From Octopus bimaculoides (taxonomy: Eukaryota), in NCBI RefSeq assembly GCF_001194135.2, contig NC_068988.1, forward strand, positions 93,183,306 to 93,247,305: a stretch of DNA of 64,000 nucleotides, read 5' to 3'. The first letter of the stretch is position 1, and each line of letters opens with the position of its first letter. The translations under genes were made by a program, and so were the position numbers. The notes under the pieces are model-generated. The model saw only the letters and a program-made list of their open reading frames with translations, did not search any database and was not told where the DNA came from. Of this stretch, positions 1 through 13,591 are shown in pieces.

Positions 1-74
1 TATGCACTGGGGTCGATGTAATCAACTAGCTCCCCTCCCCCAAAGTTTCAGGTCTTGTACCTATAGCAGAAAGG

Positions 75-119
<45 letters not shown>
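75..119. repeat. (ATT)n microsatellite
   Basis: Direct. Confidence 0.95.
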
Positions 120-814
120 GTTCAGTAGTTTTATTTTTTTATAACGTGCTTTCACTTCACTACCGAGCGCAGCTCTGTGTGCCTTGGGTATGTGTTGTGG
201 TTGGCTGTGATGCTCTTATGGTTACTGTATTGAAAGTGTTTTGCGTAGAATGTCGATTCATACAACTAAAAATTCTTCAAGGCGGTGCCCCAGCATGGCC
301 ACAGTCTAATGACTGAAACAAATTTTAAAAAAATATACAAAGCAATGTATTATGTTGATTTCAGCATACTAGTTGCAAGGTTAACATGCTGGACCATAGA
401 TCATGTGATTACATGTTTACATGTTCAAACTCCTGCACAATCATTGTACTGTGCTCTTGCAAAAAGACAACATTGCTCTCATTAATGATATGACAAGCTC
501 CACTCCCATCTCATGATTAAGTATTTATTAGAAGGGATGTCAGCCTACTGAAAAAGCAATTTCCAACAAAACCATCCTATCCTTGCTGACACAGAAAAAT
601 TAATATAAGCAAAAAAAAAAAATGGTCGTTAGCCATTATTTGTTTCATCTCTTAAATAGGTTTTAGTTGAGCCATTCATTAAGATCTCCCGCTTGCAGTA
701 TTTCAACTTTTACTAAAGTTGTAATCTGTCAGAATTCTTAACATTCTAGCCAAAATGCTTTGTGGAATTTCATCTGTCTTTACATCCTGGGTTCAAATTC
801 CACTGAGTTGCCAG

Positions 815-1016
815 AACCGCCTGACTGGCCCCCATGCTGGTGGCACGTAAAAAGCACCTACTACACTCTCGGAGTGGTTGGCGTTAGGAAGGGCATCCAG
901 CTGTAGAAACTTTGCCAGATCAGATTGGAGCCTGGTGCAGCTTCCCCGTTTGCCAGTCCTCAGTCAAACCGTCCAACCTGTGCCAGCATGGAAAGCGGAC
1001 GTTAAACGATGATGAT
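815..1016 (+). mobile_element. RTE 3' UTR-only copy with (GAT)n tail
   Basis: GGCATCCAGCTGTAGAAAC...GCATGGAAAGCGGACGTTAAACGATGATG matches the UTR of the ORF-bearing copy at 48.6-49.6 kb. Confidence 0.8.
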
Positions 1017-1334
1017 TTTGGAAGTGATAGTGTCTTGGAGCATTGGTAACACAGAGCAAGACTTGTTAGGTATTGAAAAGAGATAAATTGCATTGCAACT
1101 GATTAAAAGAACATAAATAAAACACAAAATTACTGATAGCAAAGTTTTAGGGAAACATTTGAAGTATCAGTATCAAAGAGTTTCTTTCTTGACGTTTTGT
1201 ATGTGTTTTGTGCAATATTTATTGTATTTTTCTTCTTAGTTTTGCTGCATAGAGTCAATGGAATATAAATATATTGATTTCTCACCTGGCTACACAGACG
1301 CAAATTTGAAAAGACAGGAAGAAATTGCGTTAAT

Positions 1335-1372
1335 TCGTCACCACTGTCACCGCCGCCACCATTACCACCCCC

Positions 1373-1403
<31 letters not shown>

Positions 1404-1725
1404 CTTCTACATCCACTGTCACCACCACTGCTACCCTCACCACCACCATCTTCATCATTAACACCAGCACCGTTATCATCACCACCACCACCACCATCAC
1501 CACTACTATCTTCGTCATTGTTATCATCATCATCATCATCATTAACACCAGCACTGTTATTATCACTACCATCAACACCACCATCCTCACCATCACCACC
1601 CTCACCATAACCACCACCATTACCATTAACATCAACTGCATCATCACTCCAACCACCACCAACAACAACAACACCACCAGCACCATCAGCACCATCAACA
1701 TCCCCATCATTGCCATCATCATCAT
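1335..1725. repeat. Degenerate (CAC/CAT/CAA)n trinucleotide tract
   Basis: Low-complexity tract continuous with the (CAT)n tail of a decayed RTE UTR at about 1725-1960. Confidence 0.9.
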
Positions 1726-2033
1726 TTTTTTTCACATCTGCTTCCCATGCTGGCATGGATTGGACAAGTGGTCATGATCTGAGTCATGTTTTTCATTTGC
1801 GGTGAATACCACCCCCTGGATGGGATGCAAGTGCGTCTCTTGCTCACATGTTCCATCTTCAGCATGGTGTCTACTGCTGGATGTCATTCTCGAACCCCAA
1901 CCACTTTACGGAGTGTGCAGGGTGCAGCATATGGCACCAGCACTAGAGAGGTCGTGATGTCCTTGGCAAGCCTAAAAAGTCCTTTCGACCTGGCAGTGTT
2001 TCTAAAAGACTACCACAGAGAAACCATTGGATC

Positions 2034-2452
2034 TGTAGGAAAGTGGTTATACACCATTAGGTGTACACCGCTTCTGTACATTAAATCTCTAGAAGAAACA
2101 ACGGAACGCAGATTCTGAACAACATAATATTTATTTACAGTGGAATTCAGTTCACGCTTGGAGGGAATTCGGTAGCTCGTCGCCCTCGGTTACTGAGACG
2201 CCTTCTGAATAATTTCTGTGGTTATTTGTGAAGCTCTGGTGCTGACATGTGAGAGAGCTCTGTTGGACGTCTTGGCTCGACGGAGATCAGTCAACGAAGA
2301 GAGTGAGAAAAGGCGCGAAAGCTGGGTGTCCAACTCTACACATGCGCATGAGACTCTTCCTGTATTCCTTCCGGAACTAGTCCCTGCGCATGCGTGGATA
2401 AAACTCCTGACATTGAACATATAACAGTCGTCTGCTATAAGTTGTCACTACA
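2034..2452 (-). mobile_element. Solo LTR (Gypsy-like)
   Basis: TGTAG...CTACA termini, exact 4-bp TSD GATC (2030-2033 and 2453-2456), AATAAA on the minus strand at 2135-2130. Confidence 0.8.
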
Positions 2453-2640
2453 GATCCATGCCACCAGAGAAAAGTGGACATAAAACAGTCATGTGATGAT
2501 GATGATGATGATGATTATTCTTTCGTTGTTAAAAAGATAAAAGTTCGTTTTCCATGCTTTTGTTTTTCCTGTTCTCGTTTTTCATGTTGTTCATGTTTTA
2601 TTTACATCCTGTCCTGTACCCATATATGCCTGTGTTGCTG

Positions 2641-2957
2641 AGAGCCCCTTCGGTCATGACTGACCATGGGATTGCACCTAGAAAGTTACCCTCCCAGGCA
2701 CAAGTCCGAGCAAAGTTGTTTATGAAGACCAGCAGTCGCCCATGCATACCGGCCACCCCTCACCAATGTTATCCAAGGCAAAGGGGCTGATACAGCTTGG
2801 CACCTGTGACGTCACAACACATTTCTACAGCTGAGCGAACTGGAACAATGTGAAATAAAGTGTCTTGCTCAAGAACACAACACGCAGCCTGGTCCGGGAT
2901 TTGAACTCACAACCTCACGATCGTAAGCTCGATGCTCTAACCACTGAGCCATGCACC
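2641..2957 (-). mobile_element. tRNA-derived SINE with CORE-like central segment
   Basis: TGGCTCAGTGG A box, GTTCAAATCC B box, then CTTGAGCAAGACACTTT CORE-like motif. Confidence 0.8.
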
Positions 2958-3634
2958 TGTGTATATGCATATATATGTAGATATGTACATATATGTATGT
3001 ATATATGCACGTATATTGTCTGTCAACATTATAATTATGAGTTCTTATATGTACCAAGTGTCCTTATGTGAGTTTTTTCTCGAGGTAAATAATGCGGCAT
3101 TCTATGTTATAATACAGCCTCCATGTTAAGTTAGAAATCAAGATTGTCTTTCGCCATGTGAGTGTGTGTGTGTATGTTTGTGCATATATCTACAACTATA
3201 CCTATCTGTCTATATATTTTGTTAGGTATATGTATGTATATGTATGGACATATGCACCTATGTATACACACACATCTGTTTGTGTAAGTATTCGCACATC
3301 ATTAAACAACTAAATAATATACACATTAATCTATATTCTGCCCTTAGGTATTAGCAGTCATCTAGGTCTCACATTCCAAGTTAAGCTACTTCTGTAAGAG
3401 CACGTGGAGGCCTATTTCAGCTAATTATTAACAATGGGTGCGATTGTTCATCTTAGTGCAACCTTCAATCTCTTTGTTTAAGAAGAAATGTTTGCTTCCA
3501 ATTATTTTCTCTCTTCCACAACTGTCACCATTAAAATATTTAATATTTCTGAAGATATTTTATACGTCTAAAAGTATTAAAAGGTGAGGATTATGTGGGA
3601 GATATTTTAATGGTCTTCAAAGCATATGGAAATG

Positions 3635-3922
3635 TATGTATGTATATATGTAAGTATGTATTTATGTGTGTACATATGTATGTGTGTATGTATATATGTA
3701 TGTATATATGTGTGTGTGTATGTATGTATGTATGTGTGTGTGTATGTATGTATGTGTGTGTGTATGTATGTGTGTATGTATATATGTATGTATGTATGTG
3801 TGTATGTATGTATGTATGTATGTATGTATGTATGTATGTATGTATGTATGTATGTGTGTACATATGTATGTGTGTATGTATATATGTATGTATGTATATA
3901 TGTGTGTGTGTATGTATGTATA

Positions 3923-3967
<45 letters not shown>

Positions 3968-4110
3968 GCCTATCTGCCTGTATGTATGTATGTGTATTTG
4001 TGTGTATGTATGTCTGTACATATGCATGTGTGTATGTATGTATATGTGTGTGTATGTATATATGCCTATCTGCCTGTTTTCATGTGTGTATGTATGTATG
4101 TATGTATGTG
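3635..4110. repeat. Compound (TATG)n/(TG)n/(TA)n microsatellite
   Basis: Direct. Similar tracts at 26685-26810, 33955-34105 and 35725-35985. Confidence 0.95.
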
Positions 4111-5571
4111 TGAATGTGTGTTATGTATGAGCTCTTCTGTTTTTAATCATTTAAATTCTTCCCCTGAGGAAACAGCTAGATTCTAACAAAGATACGAAGC
4201 TCTGCTGTTGGAATACAGATAAACAAAAACAATGTGAAATTTTAAATTTGAGGAAAGTCTTGCATATTTTAACTGTTCCACTTAGAGACTGTAATGGAGC
4301 ACATCCAGAAAACAGCATTATTTGGCAGTGCAAGGAGTCTCCAAAAAGTTCTTGAGACTTGAAAGGAACACGACCACCTTAGTTCACAGGAAGTGAATTG
4401 CTGGTTCATTAAGGACAGCTCCAGCAACAGTCTTTGTATGTTAGATATAAAAATGATAACAATAAGCTTGATGCAAAAAAAATGAGAAGCAGCTGGGAAG
4501 TTTAGAGTATAAATGTTTTGCATTTTCTCAAATGATGTAGGAATGGAATTCAAGCTTGAAAAGTGCACTGTTTTGATAATGAAACAGGGAAGATTTGAAG
4601 GCAAGCTGGAAACTGAAATGCAAAATGAAATCGGTTGTGCAGAGATTTATTGATATCTTAACATGTGTGTCTGTGTGTGCATCATGTATACAGAATAATA
4701 GACAGGCCGTCATGAGAGGCATGGATGAATGCGTGTGTGTTAAGTACATATAAGAATAACAATGAAGGAGAGAGTGAAAGAGTCTATAATGAGAAGTTAG
4801 AAGTATGTTCGTAGACACAATAATGAGAATACCAGTTCGTAATCAATTGTACACAGTAGTTCAAATACTGTACCAAGAAGTTGCGGCCATGATGCAGAGC
4901 CGGTTGCAGTACATGTCGAATGTGAAGTTGTGGCTGTAATGCTGCTGCCTGGGTCACTTGGTACAGGTGTTCTTGCAGGTTGTATATTCGCTATTGATCC
5001 ATGGTGAAGTAATTCACGAACAGTGAGTTGCTTGTTGAGCTGTGTATGAAGAGAGATGATGTTGAAGACATTCAGAAGATGATGGTGGCAACGAAGAAAG
5101 AGATCGCTGCAATGCCGTTGGATGAAGTTGGTAAGTCTCAACATAACTACTGTAGTGTTGTCACTGGAACTGGCTGTGTGGTCAGTGGCTAGACCTTAAA
5201 AGGTCAGGAACTGAAAACATTGAGACATGGAGAAGCTGGGTTTTTATAAGGGTCTGTAGGCTCAAAGCTGGGTTGAGAACATGCTGTCTCACGTGATTTA
5301 TTTAGATGCTCTGATTGGTTATACACTGCAAAATTGGCACAACAGACTTGTGCCAATACCAACCAATCAGATTAGTGGATACAATGGTGTCCAAATAGCA
5401 GCCAAAAGCTAGCTGTTACATGCTACGTTCAAAGGCACATATATATAATAAAAGCGAGAGAGGAATTTCACTCAAGTGTACGGTACATTACTAAAGGCAG
5501 TGAATAAAGAATAGGTAACCGAGTCTAGAAAAGGTGAAAATGACAAAAATGAAATTCAAAGAGGACACATT

Positions 5572-5718
5572 GGACGGATTGAAGAGAAACTTCTGCATGA
5601 TCAGTTTTGGAAAGCCACTGAGGATGTATGGGGAACAAAATCTTGGGCTTGGTTCAAAAAAGAGCAATTGAAAAAAGAAAGAGAGAGCCTTATTATAGCA
5701 ACTCGAAGGAAAGATTAA
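5572..5718 (+). mobile_element. R4/Dong-clade LINE fragment
   Basis: EEKLLHDQFWKATEDVWGTKSWAWFKKEQLKKERESLIIA resembles the R4/Dong post-RT motif LHGQF...SW.WL..G.LKKETE.LIIAAQ. Confidence 0.7.
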
Positions 5719-6129
5719 AAGGTAATAATAATTTCGAGGTTGTCTCCCTTGCACTTCTTTGCTTACAAGATTTTATCATTTAATGTCTGTTTCAAATTAT
5801 TAACGAGGTAACACGTTTTTAAAATTTTATTTAAAAACTACTCGTTCGAATTCAACGAAATTTCCACAGAACGATGGCAACAGTTATATGTGTGTGGTGT
5901 GTAAAAAACGTGCGGTTCCATAAAACAACACAGAAACTACAGCCATTTACCAAATTTAAGTAAACTTCCAGTTTCAAATTATTAGCGAGGTGTAATTAAA
6001 ACTCGTGTAAACAAGAAAATACCAATTCAATTGCTTAATGTACATACTGAAATGAATACATACAGTCATAAACATAGAAGAAATAGAAATAAACAAATAA
6101 TCAGCGTTGAAAATTGATAGATGAGCTGT

Positions 6130-7050
6130 TTTGTAAGGGTTCAAAGATGAGCCTTTGTTTCAAATAAGTTGGAAGAGGCGCTGGTCCATGGAACATGCTA
6201 ATTTCTGGATCTCCTCTGATGTTATACCACGAGATACATCCGCTATTGCATGCCATAGTCCATCTCATAAACTCGTCGCCTTAGAATACTCCACAAGTTT
6301 TCTACTGGGTTATGTTGGGGGAACAGGCAGGCCACTTCATCTTCCGAAGTCCACAGAAGCCTAATTGTCGCAGAAACTCTGTAATTTTCTTCGCTGCGTG
6401 TGAGGGCGCATTATCTTGCATGAATATTATGGTTGTCTTGAAGGTGATTCTTTGCTTTTTTAAACCAAGGTTCAAGGTATTCCTTCAGAAAGGCTATATA
6501 AGCATCCGCAGTCATTTTAACACTCTCAGGCACTTCCCAAGGACCAACCATAATACCTCTAATAATACCTGCCCAAACCATGATGCTTTCTCCCCTTGTT
6601 GGCGTCTCAAGCATTGATGACGATCTCGTCCATTTACAACCCATCCCTTGCTTAAATCATCAAGTCCGTCAAGGGTAGCACGAATTTCCTCAATAAACAA
6701 AACTTTCGAAAAGTCGATCTTCATGTTATCTTCTGTCCATTTCAGACAATTTCGTATGTGTATTTTGTTTAAAGGATGCCTTTTAACTGATGTTACTGGT
6801 TTACCGACCTTTGTCAGAAGATGACATCGGGTAGTTCTGGATAGACTTGTTTCGCCAATGCGCTTGAAATGTTCTCTACTTGTAAGACCCGGGTTCTTTA
6901 CAGCTGCACGCTTAATTCGTGATAGAGAACGTTGACTGACCCTTGTCGGCCATCTTACGTACCTTCGTAGGAGCTGTAACAAATATCTCCACAGTTTGAT
7001 GATATCTTCCAATTATTTTAGATATTTCTATACATTCTAATATGCTGTTT
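6130..7050 (-). pseudogene. Tc1-family transposase pseudogene (frameshifted)
   Basis: HTH region (RIKRAAVKNP..LSRTTRCHLL), WSKVLF-like FSKVLFIEE, MVWAGI, FMQDNAPSHA and WPACSP motifs spread over different frames with stops. TIRs not identified. Confidence 0.88.
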
Positions 7051-8409
7051 AAAATTGGAATTCTCAAGAGTTAAGCATCTATTGGGTTTATTGTATTTTC
7101 TCTGGTCAGCCTAACTATTCATTAAAACAAGTTCTAGATGTTTCTACCAAGAACTTGAATGGTTAGTTGTTTGCTGATCTCATTAATTCCTGACAAAATA
7201 CTGTTGTGGAGTTTATGCTTGTTTTTGATCTGAACACAGTATTTCAGGTTCAATTCATAAGCAATGAGCTGGTGTTTGGGACTCAGCAAATATCCCTGCT
7301 GCTGGCATCTATATATTAAGCCATACCATATATGCAGCTTTAAAAAAAAATGGACAGTATGACTTGCATAAATATGAAACTCCTTAATATGAACAAGGTT
7401 TGTAATAACAATAAGAGCAATACCTTAAGGACATTTAAATGTCATTATCAGAGAATTTAGTGATGTTCTGTTGTCAATATTGAAATAGTGAAGTCTCATG
7501 ATCCTTGACATTCTCAGCAATGCAAATATTGAGAAGTTAGAGAGCAGGGTTCTGTCAATAATTCAAGCATTTTGGTATTTATCTTTTAACATAATTATAG
7601 GCTACGTAGAGTAAAATATAATGTTATGAATATGGTCTCCTCTCTAAGTATTGTTACCCAGTCACTAAATCTGTGTTTATAAAATCGTCATTTTCCATGC
7701 TTGCGTAAGTCAGGAGAAGTTTATTGAGGTAGATTTTCCTATAGTTGGATGGCTTTCTTGCTGCCAATCCCCACCTGTTTCCAGATAAGGAAATATTTCC
7801 CCATGACCCCAGCAAGCAGATGGTGTTACTCATGACCCACTGGACTGCTATGCAACTAATATCGTCCATAGATGAAGGGATACCATAATGAACATCAAAT
7901 ATCAATGTCCAAGTTCTGCTGTACCATGGGGAACCTCACAACAAAGATTCTTCCCCCAATACATTCCGGGAGACCACCATTTATAACATCCTCAGTTCCG
8001 ATCATGTGCAATGTTAACCATCTCCAGCAAGGGAGATAACTCCTTGTCCATAAAGCATTTCGGGATCTCCCAGTTGGTCGAGTAAAATAATGCATTCTGA
8101 CAATTCATTAGATTCTTAGCTGATGAGAGATCTTGATGTTGTGAATGACATTTAAGGAGCTGGAGTGGCAGGCAGAGTCAGACGATGAATTTGTGAGGGT
8201 TTGGCTTCATCCCTTTATATCTCGTTTCACTCACTGGACTGTGGCCATGCTGGGGCATCACCTTGAAGGATTTTAGTCAAACAAATCAACTTCAGAATTT
8301 ATTTTTTCTTAAGCCTGGTACTTATTGTATCAGTCTCAGGGACATAAATAAACCAACACTGATTTATTTATTCAAGTAGCAGTGTCGAATAAACACAAAC
8401 ATAGATGAA

Positions 8410-8715
8410 TGTTGTGCAGGTGGGAAGTAAAAAGCACCATTTGAGCATGGTTGATACCAGTGCCGGTGGCATGTAAAAAGCACCATTCAAGCATGGTCGT
8501 TGCCAGTGCCACCTGACTGGCTCCCATGCCAGTGGCACGTAAAAGGCACCATTCGAGCATGGTTGATGCCAGTACCACCTAACTGGCCCTCATGCCAGTG
8601 GCACATAAAAGCACCCACTGCACTATCAGAGTGGTTGGCATTTGGGAGGGCATCCAGCTGTAGAAGCTTTGCCAGATCAGATTGGAGCCTGGTACAGCCT
8701 TCTGGTTTGCCAGAC
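8410..8715 (+). mobile_element. RTE 3' UTR copy with internal subrepeats
   Basis: Repeated GCCAGTGCC..CTGACTGGC..GTGGCACGTAAAA units. Confidence 0.75.
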
Positions 8716-8803
8716 CTCAATCAAACCGTTTATCACTTCCTCGTCACTGGAATAATGTTTGCCTCTCAAACCCTCTTTCATGAGGCCGAAGAGATGATAG
8801 TGC

Positions 8804-9052
8804 AGTGATGAGGAAGTGAAAACTGTAGTGAAGAAGTGGCTCAAAGAACAGTCAACAGAATTTTACAGGGCAGGGATACATGCTCTCATTCGAAGGTGGA
8901 GCATTGCTATTGAGAGAAACGATGTCTATGTTGGGGAGTAGGGATGTGATCCACAGAGGACCAGCTTCATTTTGATGTATGATACATGTTCCCGTGTTGG
9001 TAATTATACCTGTCTTAAACAAAATGGCATCACTTTTTGACTCATCATCACA
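8804..9052 (+). mobile_element. mariner transposon 3' fragment
   Basis: SDEEVKTVVKKWLKEQSTEFYRAGIHALIRRWSIAIERNDVYV is a mariner C-terminus, followed by a TIR-like end and TA repeats. Confidence 0.75.
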
Positions 9053-12000
9053 TATATATATACACACACACAACAGGCATCTTTTAATTTCCATCTACCA
9101 AATCCACCCAGAAGGCTTTGGTTAACCTGAGGCTATAGTAGAAGACACTTGCCTAAGGTGTCATGCAGCAGGACTGAACTCAGAACCATGTGGTTGAGAA
9201 GCATAGTTCTTACCACAAAGCCTGTACCTGAGTATCTATGAGTATTAATTCAATGAACTCTACAGAGTACTTGGTGTGAAATCCTAAGCAACTCAATTTA
9301 AAATGCTTTGAAGAGAAATATTTCCTAAAACTTGTAAATGAACCATTATTTGGGAAGAAAGCTTACAAACATTTTGCAAGTTTTGACTACATAAACAAGT
9401 TGAATATAGTCAGGAAAATCAAAGATTCTAGGACTCTTAAATGGTTATTATCAAACATTCCTCAGTTACTTTTCCGTTCTATTCTTAAAATTCATGATTC
9501 ACCTCAAATATATATTAAGTAAAGTTCTCTGAATTATTCTGAAACTTCTAGTCAAGATGATCCCTACTGGATAAGCAAATCTAAGTCTTTCAACAACCTA
9601 AAACCAAAATAAACTTTCAGTATGAAAATCTCCAAAGTAACAATGATAATAGTAAAGGGTGTATGACCCAGCGATCAGGGTGTTGCATTTTGCATTGCAA
9701 GATGAAGGTTTCCATTCCTAAACTGGGCAGAACAATGTTTCATATTGCTCCAGGTCACTCTGCTGTAAGCCTTGCAAAGGACTGGCATTCCATCCAGGGG
9801 GAATGTTGCAATCCTGGTCTTTTATAAAACATGAAAACCGAATAATTGGCCCTAGGAGTCCTTAGTAAAAATTTAATATTTTTGTAAATGCTTTGTAAAA
9901 TTTTAGCTAATTGAAAACATATCTATTTTAATTAGTAATACCAAGAGCTTCATTATTTAGAAAGAAAGACTACAATGTCATCGCTATTAACATATAAGGC
10001 TTAATTTAATGAAAAATAATAAATATATTTGCAAATTTTACAATGTACACGGAACAAATTTTATATTGCCCCAGAAAAATATCAAACATGTATAAACAGC
10101 AACAAAAATATATGTATATATAAATATATATTTATCCTTAATGATACAAAAGGAAGATTACATACAGAATTTAAATTAATTTCGGTTTATAATCCTTTAG
10201 GCTTGTGACTGAATTTGTGGTGGGATAGGGTTTTTTAAACTTTTTTTTTATTTTAAAAGAACACACTAACATTTACCATGTATATATTTCTCTTTCCAGT
10301 TAAGCAATAACACAATATACTGCAACAATTAAAAAATTAGCCCATTCTTATGTATCCAACATGACCTAATTTGTGTAGCGTCTCAAAAGGTTTCATGATA
10401 AATGCCAAGACATATGGCATTCTAGCTCCACCTTCTGGACTGAATATATATTGTTATAAACAGAGACCTACTGAGTCTGATGCTAAAGTCAAGACAAGTT
10501 ACAAAAGTAGTGTGTAAGCTATGCCATTATTAACCAGCAGTATTGTGGAACTAATTATCAGAAGTCAATCACAAATACAAATAGTTGCGTATAGCAGGAA
10601 GTAGGAGACCGGTTTCTTTTTAACTCATTTTTTTTTCTAACAAAACAATAAAAAATAAAATTAAATTAAATAAGAAAAAAAAACCACCATGATGTCTGCG
10701 AATTTTAAATATAAAATATTTAACGATCTATGTTGATATCATTTGGATCATTAAGACTTTAGATCTGATGAAACAAACCCCGTTTGATTCAGAAAGTTCT
10801 TTTATAGAATGACTAAATAAACATAATGAAGGGAACCGTAATAACCATAGTCACTGAAAACTGAGCCAAATTGTTATCGGTTCTGTAGTATGATGCTCGA
10901 TTATATCAGCTGAGACAGTTGTTGGGAGAACTTGAGTCAATAAAAATAATCAATATGAGATAAGAAGATGTAAATAAAGATTCTCTCGTGTCATCTGATT
11001 AGTTTCGACTTGTTATAGTTTGCTAATGTTTTTATATTTGTCTATCTTTGTTTTAGGTTATTTGGTATAACTATGAATTATCAAAGCTTGTTTTTGTTTA
11101 TGACATCTGAAGTAGACCCCTAGACCATTTATCAATTGTTTTTCTTAAGGAGAATAAAAATAACTTTATCAAGAGATGAAATACTGACCCTGAAAAACCT
11201 TATCTTCCGAACGATAGCAGAATATCACAGAGAAAGTGTCTACGTATGTATAAAGGAGAGCAAATAAGAAAATAAATTAATAAAACAAGTAATGAAAAAA
11301 TAATCAGCATAATTTCCAGATAAATCTTTCCAAAGGACAAACAAGTAAGAAAATGGCCCCTGTGAATATCATTAAACCATTCTCTTCCAGGTTTATGTGG
11401 GGATTTTTTAAAAACTAATCACTGAACATTTGAAACGTATTAAAAATACAGAAGAAAAATCTTGGTTGATTCCAAAAGAAAATCGAGAGCAAATTAATTA
11501 AAATAATAAGGTAATAGGCAAAAGTTTAGAAAATATGTCTAAAAAAGGATATGTTCACCTTTAAATAATTTACATTTTGGATTACCCATCTAGTAAATTC
11601 TGTAAAGTTAAGTGATTAGGAACAAAAACTTTTTGCTAAATTAAGCAAAAAAATTTCAACCATTTTCAACCAGAAAAGAAAACAGGCAAATAATATGTTG
11701 CTGTTTTGTTTTTTTTCCTTTTCTCGTTTTTTTTTTGTATTGTTGTTTTCTGGAAATTAGCCTTTAAAAAACAGACATGTACAGGAAAAAAAAAAAGAAA
11801 GAAAAAAGTATGAAATATACAAAAAGAACAAGCCTCTTTGATTCTAATTTATACAGCAATTTTAATTAAAATCAGCAGTCAATAATGGCAGTTTGATACA
11901 AATTGGGATAAACTTCTTAAAATAATGAATTTGAGATTTCTTACTCCTCAATTATTTTTTATTATGAATGTATGAATAAATGATAAATAAATATATGTAT

Positions 12001-12235
12001 GTATGAAGAGCCTATTAAGAAAATGTTGGTGAAGTTAAGAAAAAAAAAATTGGAGGAGCATTATTTCAAATTCATTAGGTGTTGTATTTTTGTCTTTCTT
12101 CAAATTAATTCCTTATATTTTGTCTTGCTTATTTTGCAAGAAGGCAAATTTCTTATCTTTTTTTCCCCCTTCTTAAATTCATATTTTTCTAAAATAGCAC
12201 AACACTATTGAATGGTTCTGAAAATTCAAGTATAG

Positions 12236-12349
12236 GTGCTTTAGGTGTTTTCACTCAATAAACACCCACAACGCCCGGTCTGGGAATCGAAACCGCAATT
12301 CTATGACCGCGAGTCCACTGCCCTAACCACCGGGCCATTGCGCCTCCAC
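12236..12349 (-). mobile_element. tRNA-derived SINE head
   Basis: GTGGAGGCGCAATGGCCCGGTGGTTAGGGCAG...GTTTCGATTCC; same family as 32640-32974. Confidence 0.8.
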
Positions 12350-12958
12350 ATAATATATAATAAATGTATAATATATATATATATGTACATACACGCATAT
12401 ACATATATAGAGTATTGAAACAAAATAACTTTTACAGTTATTTTATTCGTTAGACCTGGGTAGCTTTCCCAACCATTCAAACATAGGACAATGCTAAGCA
12501 TCACCGAAGATGCCTGCTATTATAAAGGAACTATGCAATACTGCAGCAATGGTTTGAACCAGTGATACATCATCTTGACCTCACAGCTATTGCATTATTA
12601 CAACTAAAAGGAAAGTTATTTCGTTAATGTTTCTTAAAATTGTTATAAACTGAAGAAAAAAAAAAAAAATTCAGTCTAAACAGAGAAAGTGAAGAAGAGA
12701 GAGAAATAGTTACTTTCTAGACTTAAAAGGTTAAAAAAAAAAGTTATTACAATAGGAATGTGTTTTTTTTTAGTATTAATATTACTGATTTACCAGCAGT
12801 TGAAGAGTAATTACAGACTTTCTGGACTTTTCTGGTCTCTGATATGTGTGTGTATGTATGTGTGCGAGAGAGAGAGAGAGAGAGAGTGTGTGTGTGTGTG
12901 TGCGTGTATACGTGATAAAAAGCACGTATGGAAACAATTCCAGTATGTATAACACACT

Positions 12959-13466
12959 NNNNNNNNNNNNNNNNNNNNNNNNNNNNNNNNNNNNNNNNNN
13001 NNNNNNNNNNNNNNNNNNNNNNNNNNNNNNNNNNNNNNNNNNNNNNNNNNNNNNNNNNNNNNNNNNNNNNNNNNNNNNNNNNNNNNNNNNNNNNNNNNNN
13101 NNNNNNNNNNNNNNNNNNNNNNNNNNNNNNNNNNNNNNNNNNNNNNNNNNNNNNNNNNNNNNNNNNNNNNNNNNNNNNNNNNNNNNNNNNNNNNNNNNNN
13201 NNNNNNNNNNNNNNNNNNNNNNNNNNNNNNNNNNNNNNNNNNNNNNNNNNNNNNNNNNNNNNNNNNNNNNNNNNNNNNNNNNNNNNNNNNNNNNNNNNNN
13301 NNNNNNNNNNNNNNNNNNNNNNNNNNNNNNNNNNNNNNNNNNNNNNNNNNNNNNNNNNNNNNNNNNNNNNNNNNNNNNNNNNNNNNNNNNNNNNNNNNNN
13401 NNNNNNNNNNNNNNNNNNNNNNNNNNNNNNNNNNNNNNNNNNNNNNNNNNNNNNNNNNNNNNNNNN
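12959..13466. other. Assembly gap (N run); others at 30328-30605, 31331-31340, 31651-32639, 35835-35934, 36587-36944, 39570-40033, 48903-49365, 55667-55695
   Basis: N runs; most border tandem repeats or young RTE copies. Confidence 1.
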
Positions 13467-13591
13467 AACATAAGTTCAGTTAATTAAAGAAGTCTTTTGG
13501 TTTGTATATGTGACATATATATATATATATATATTTATATATATGCACTCACAATTATAATTTGTTTTCAGTCTTAAAATTAAATTCAACT

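Noticed and set aside
1130-1756. 208-aa Gly/Asp-rich ORF and overlapping poly-His and Met/Val ORFs
   Set aside because: Translations of a degenerate trinucleotide tract; no splice or domain support.
2869-2957. tRNA gene candidates (also 12280-12349, 32900-32974, 39260-39335, 58815-58890)
   Set aside because: A/B boxes are present but run into SINE bodies and lack a proper acceptor stem and terminator; these are SINE heads.
3591-4186. Multiple 90-186-aa Tyr/Val/Cys/Met or His/Thr ORFs
   Set aside because: Microsatellite translations. The same applies at 33977-34252, 35621-36040 and 46443-46997.
7654-8095. Two minus-strand ORFs of 83 and 66 aa
   Set aside because: No recognisable domain or exon structure; partly overlaps a dispersed repeat.
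10850-10950. Possible alternative last LDLRAP1 exon (TQVLPTTVSADII...) on the minus strand
   Set aside because: No in-phase acceptor; the true last exon at 13751-13592 fits better.
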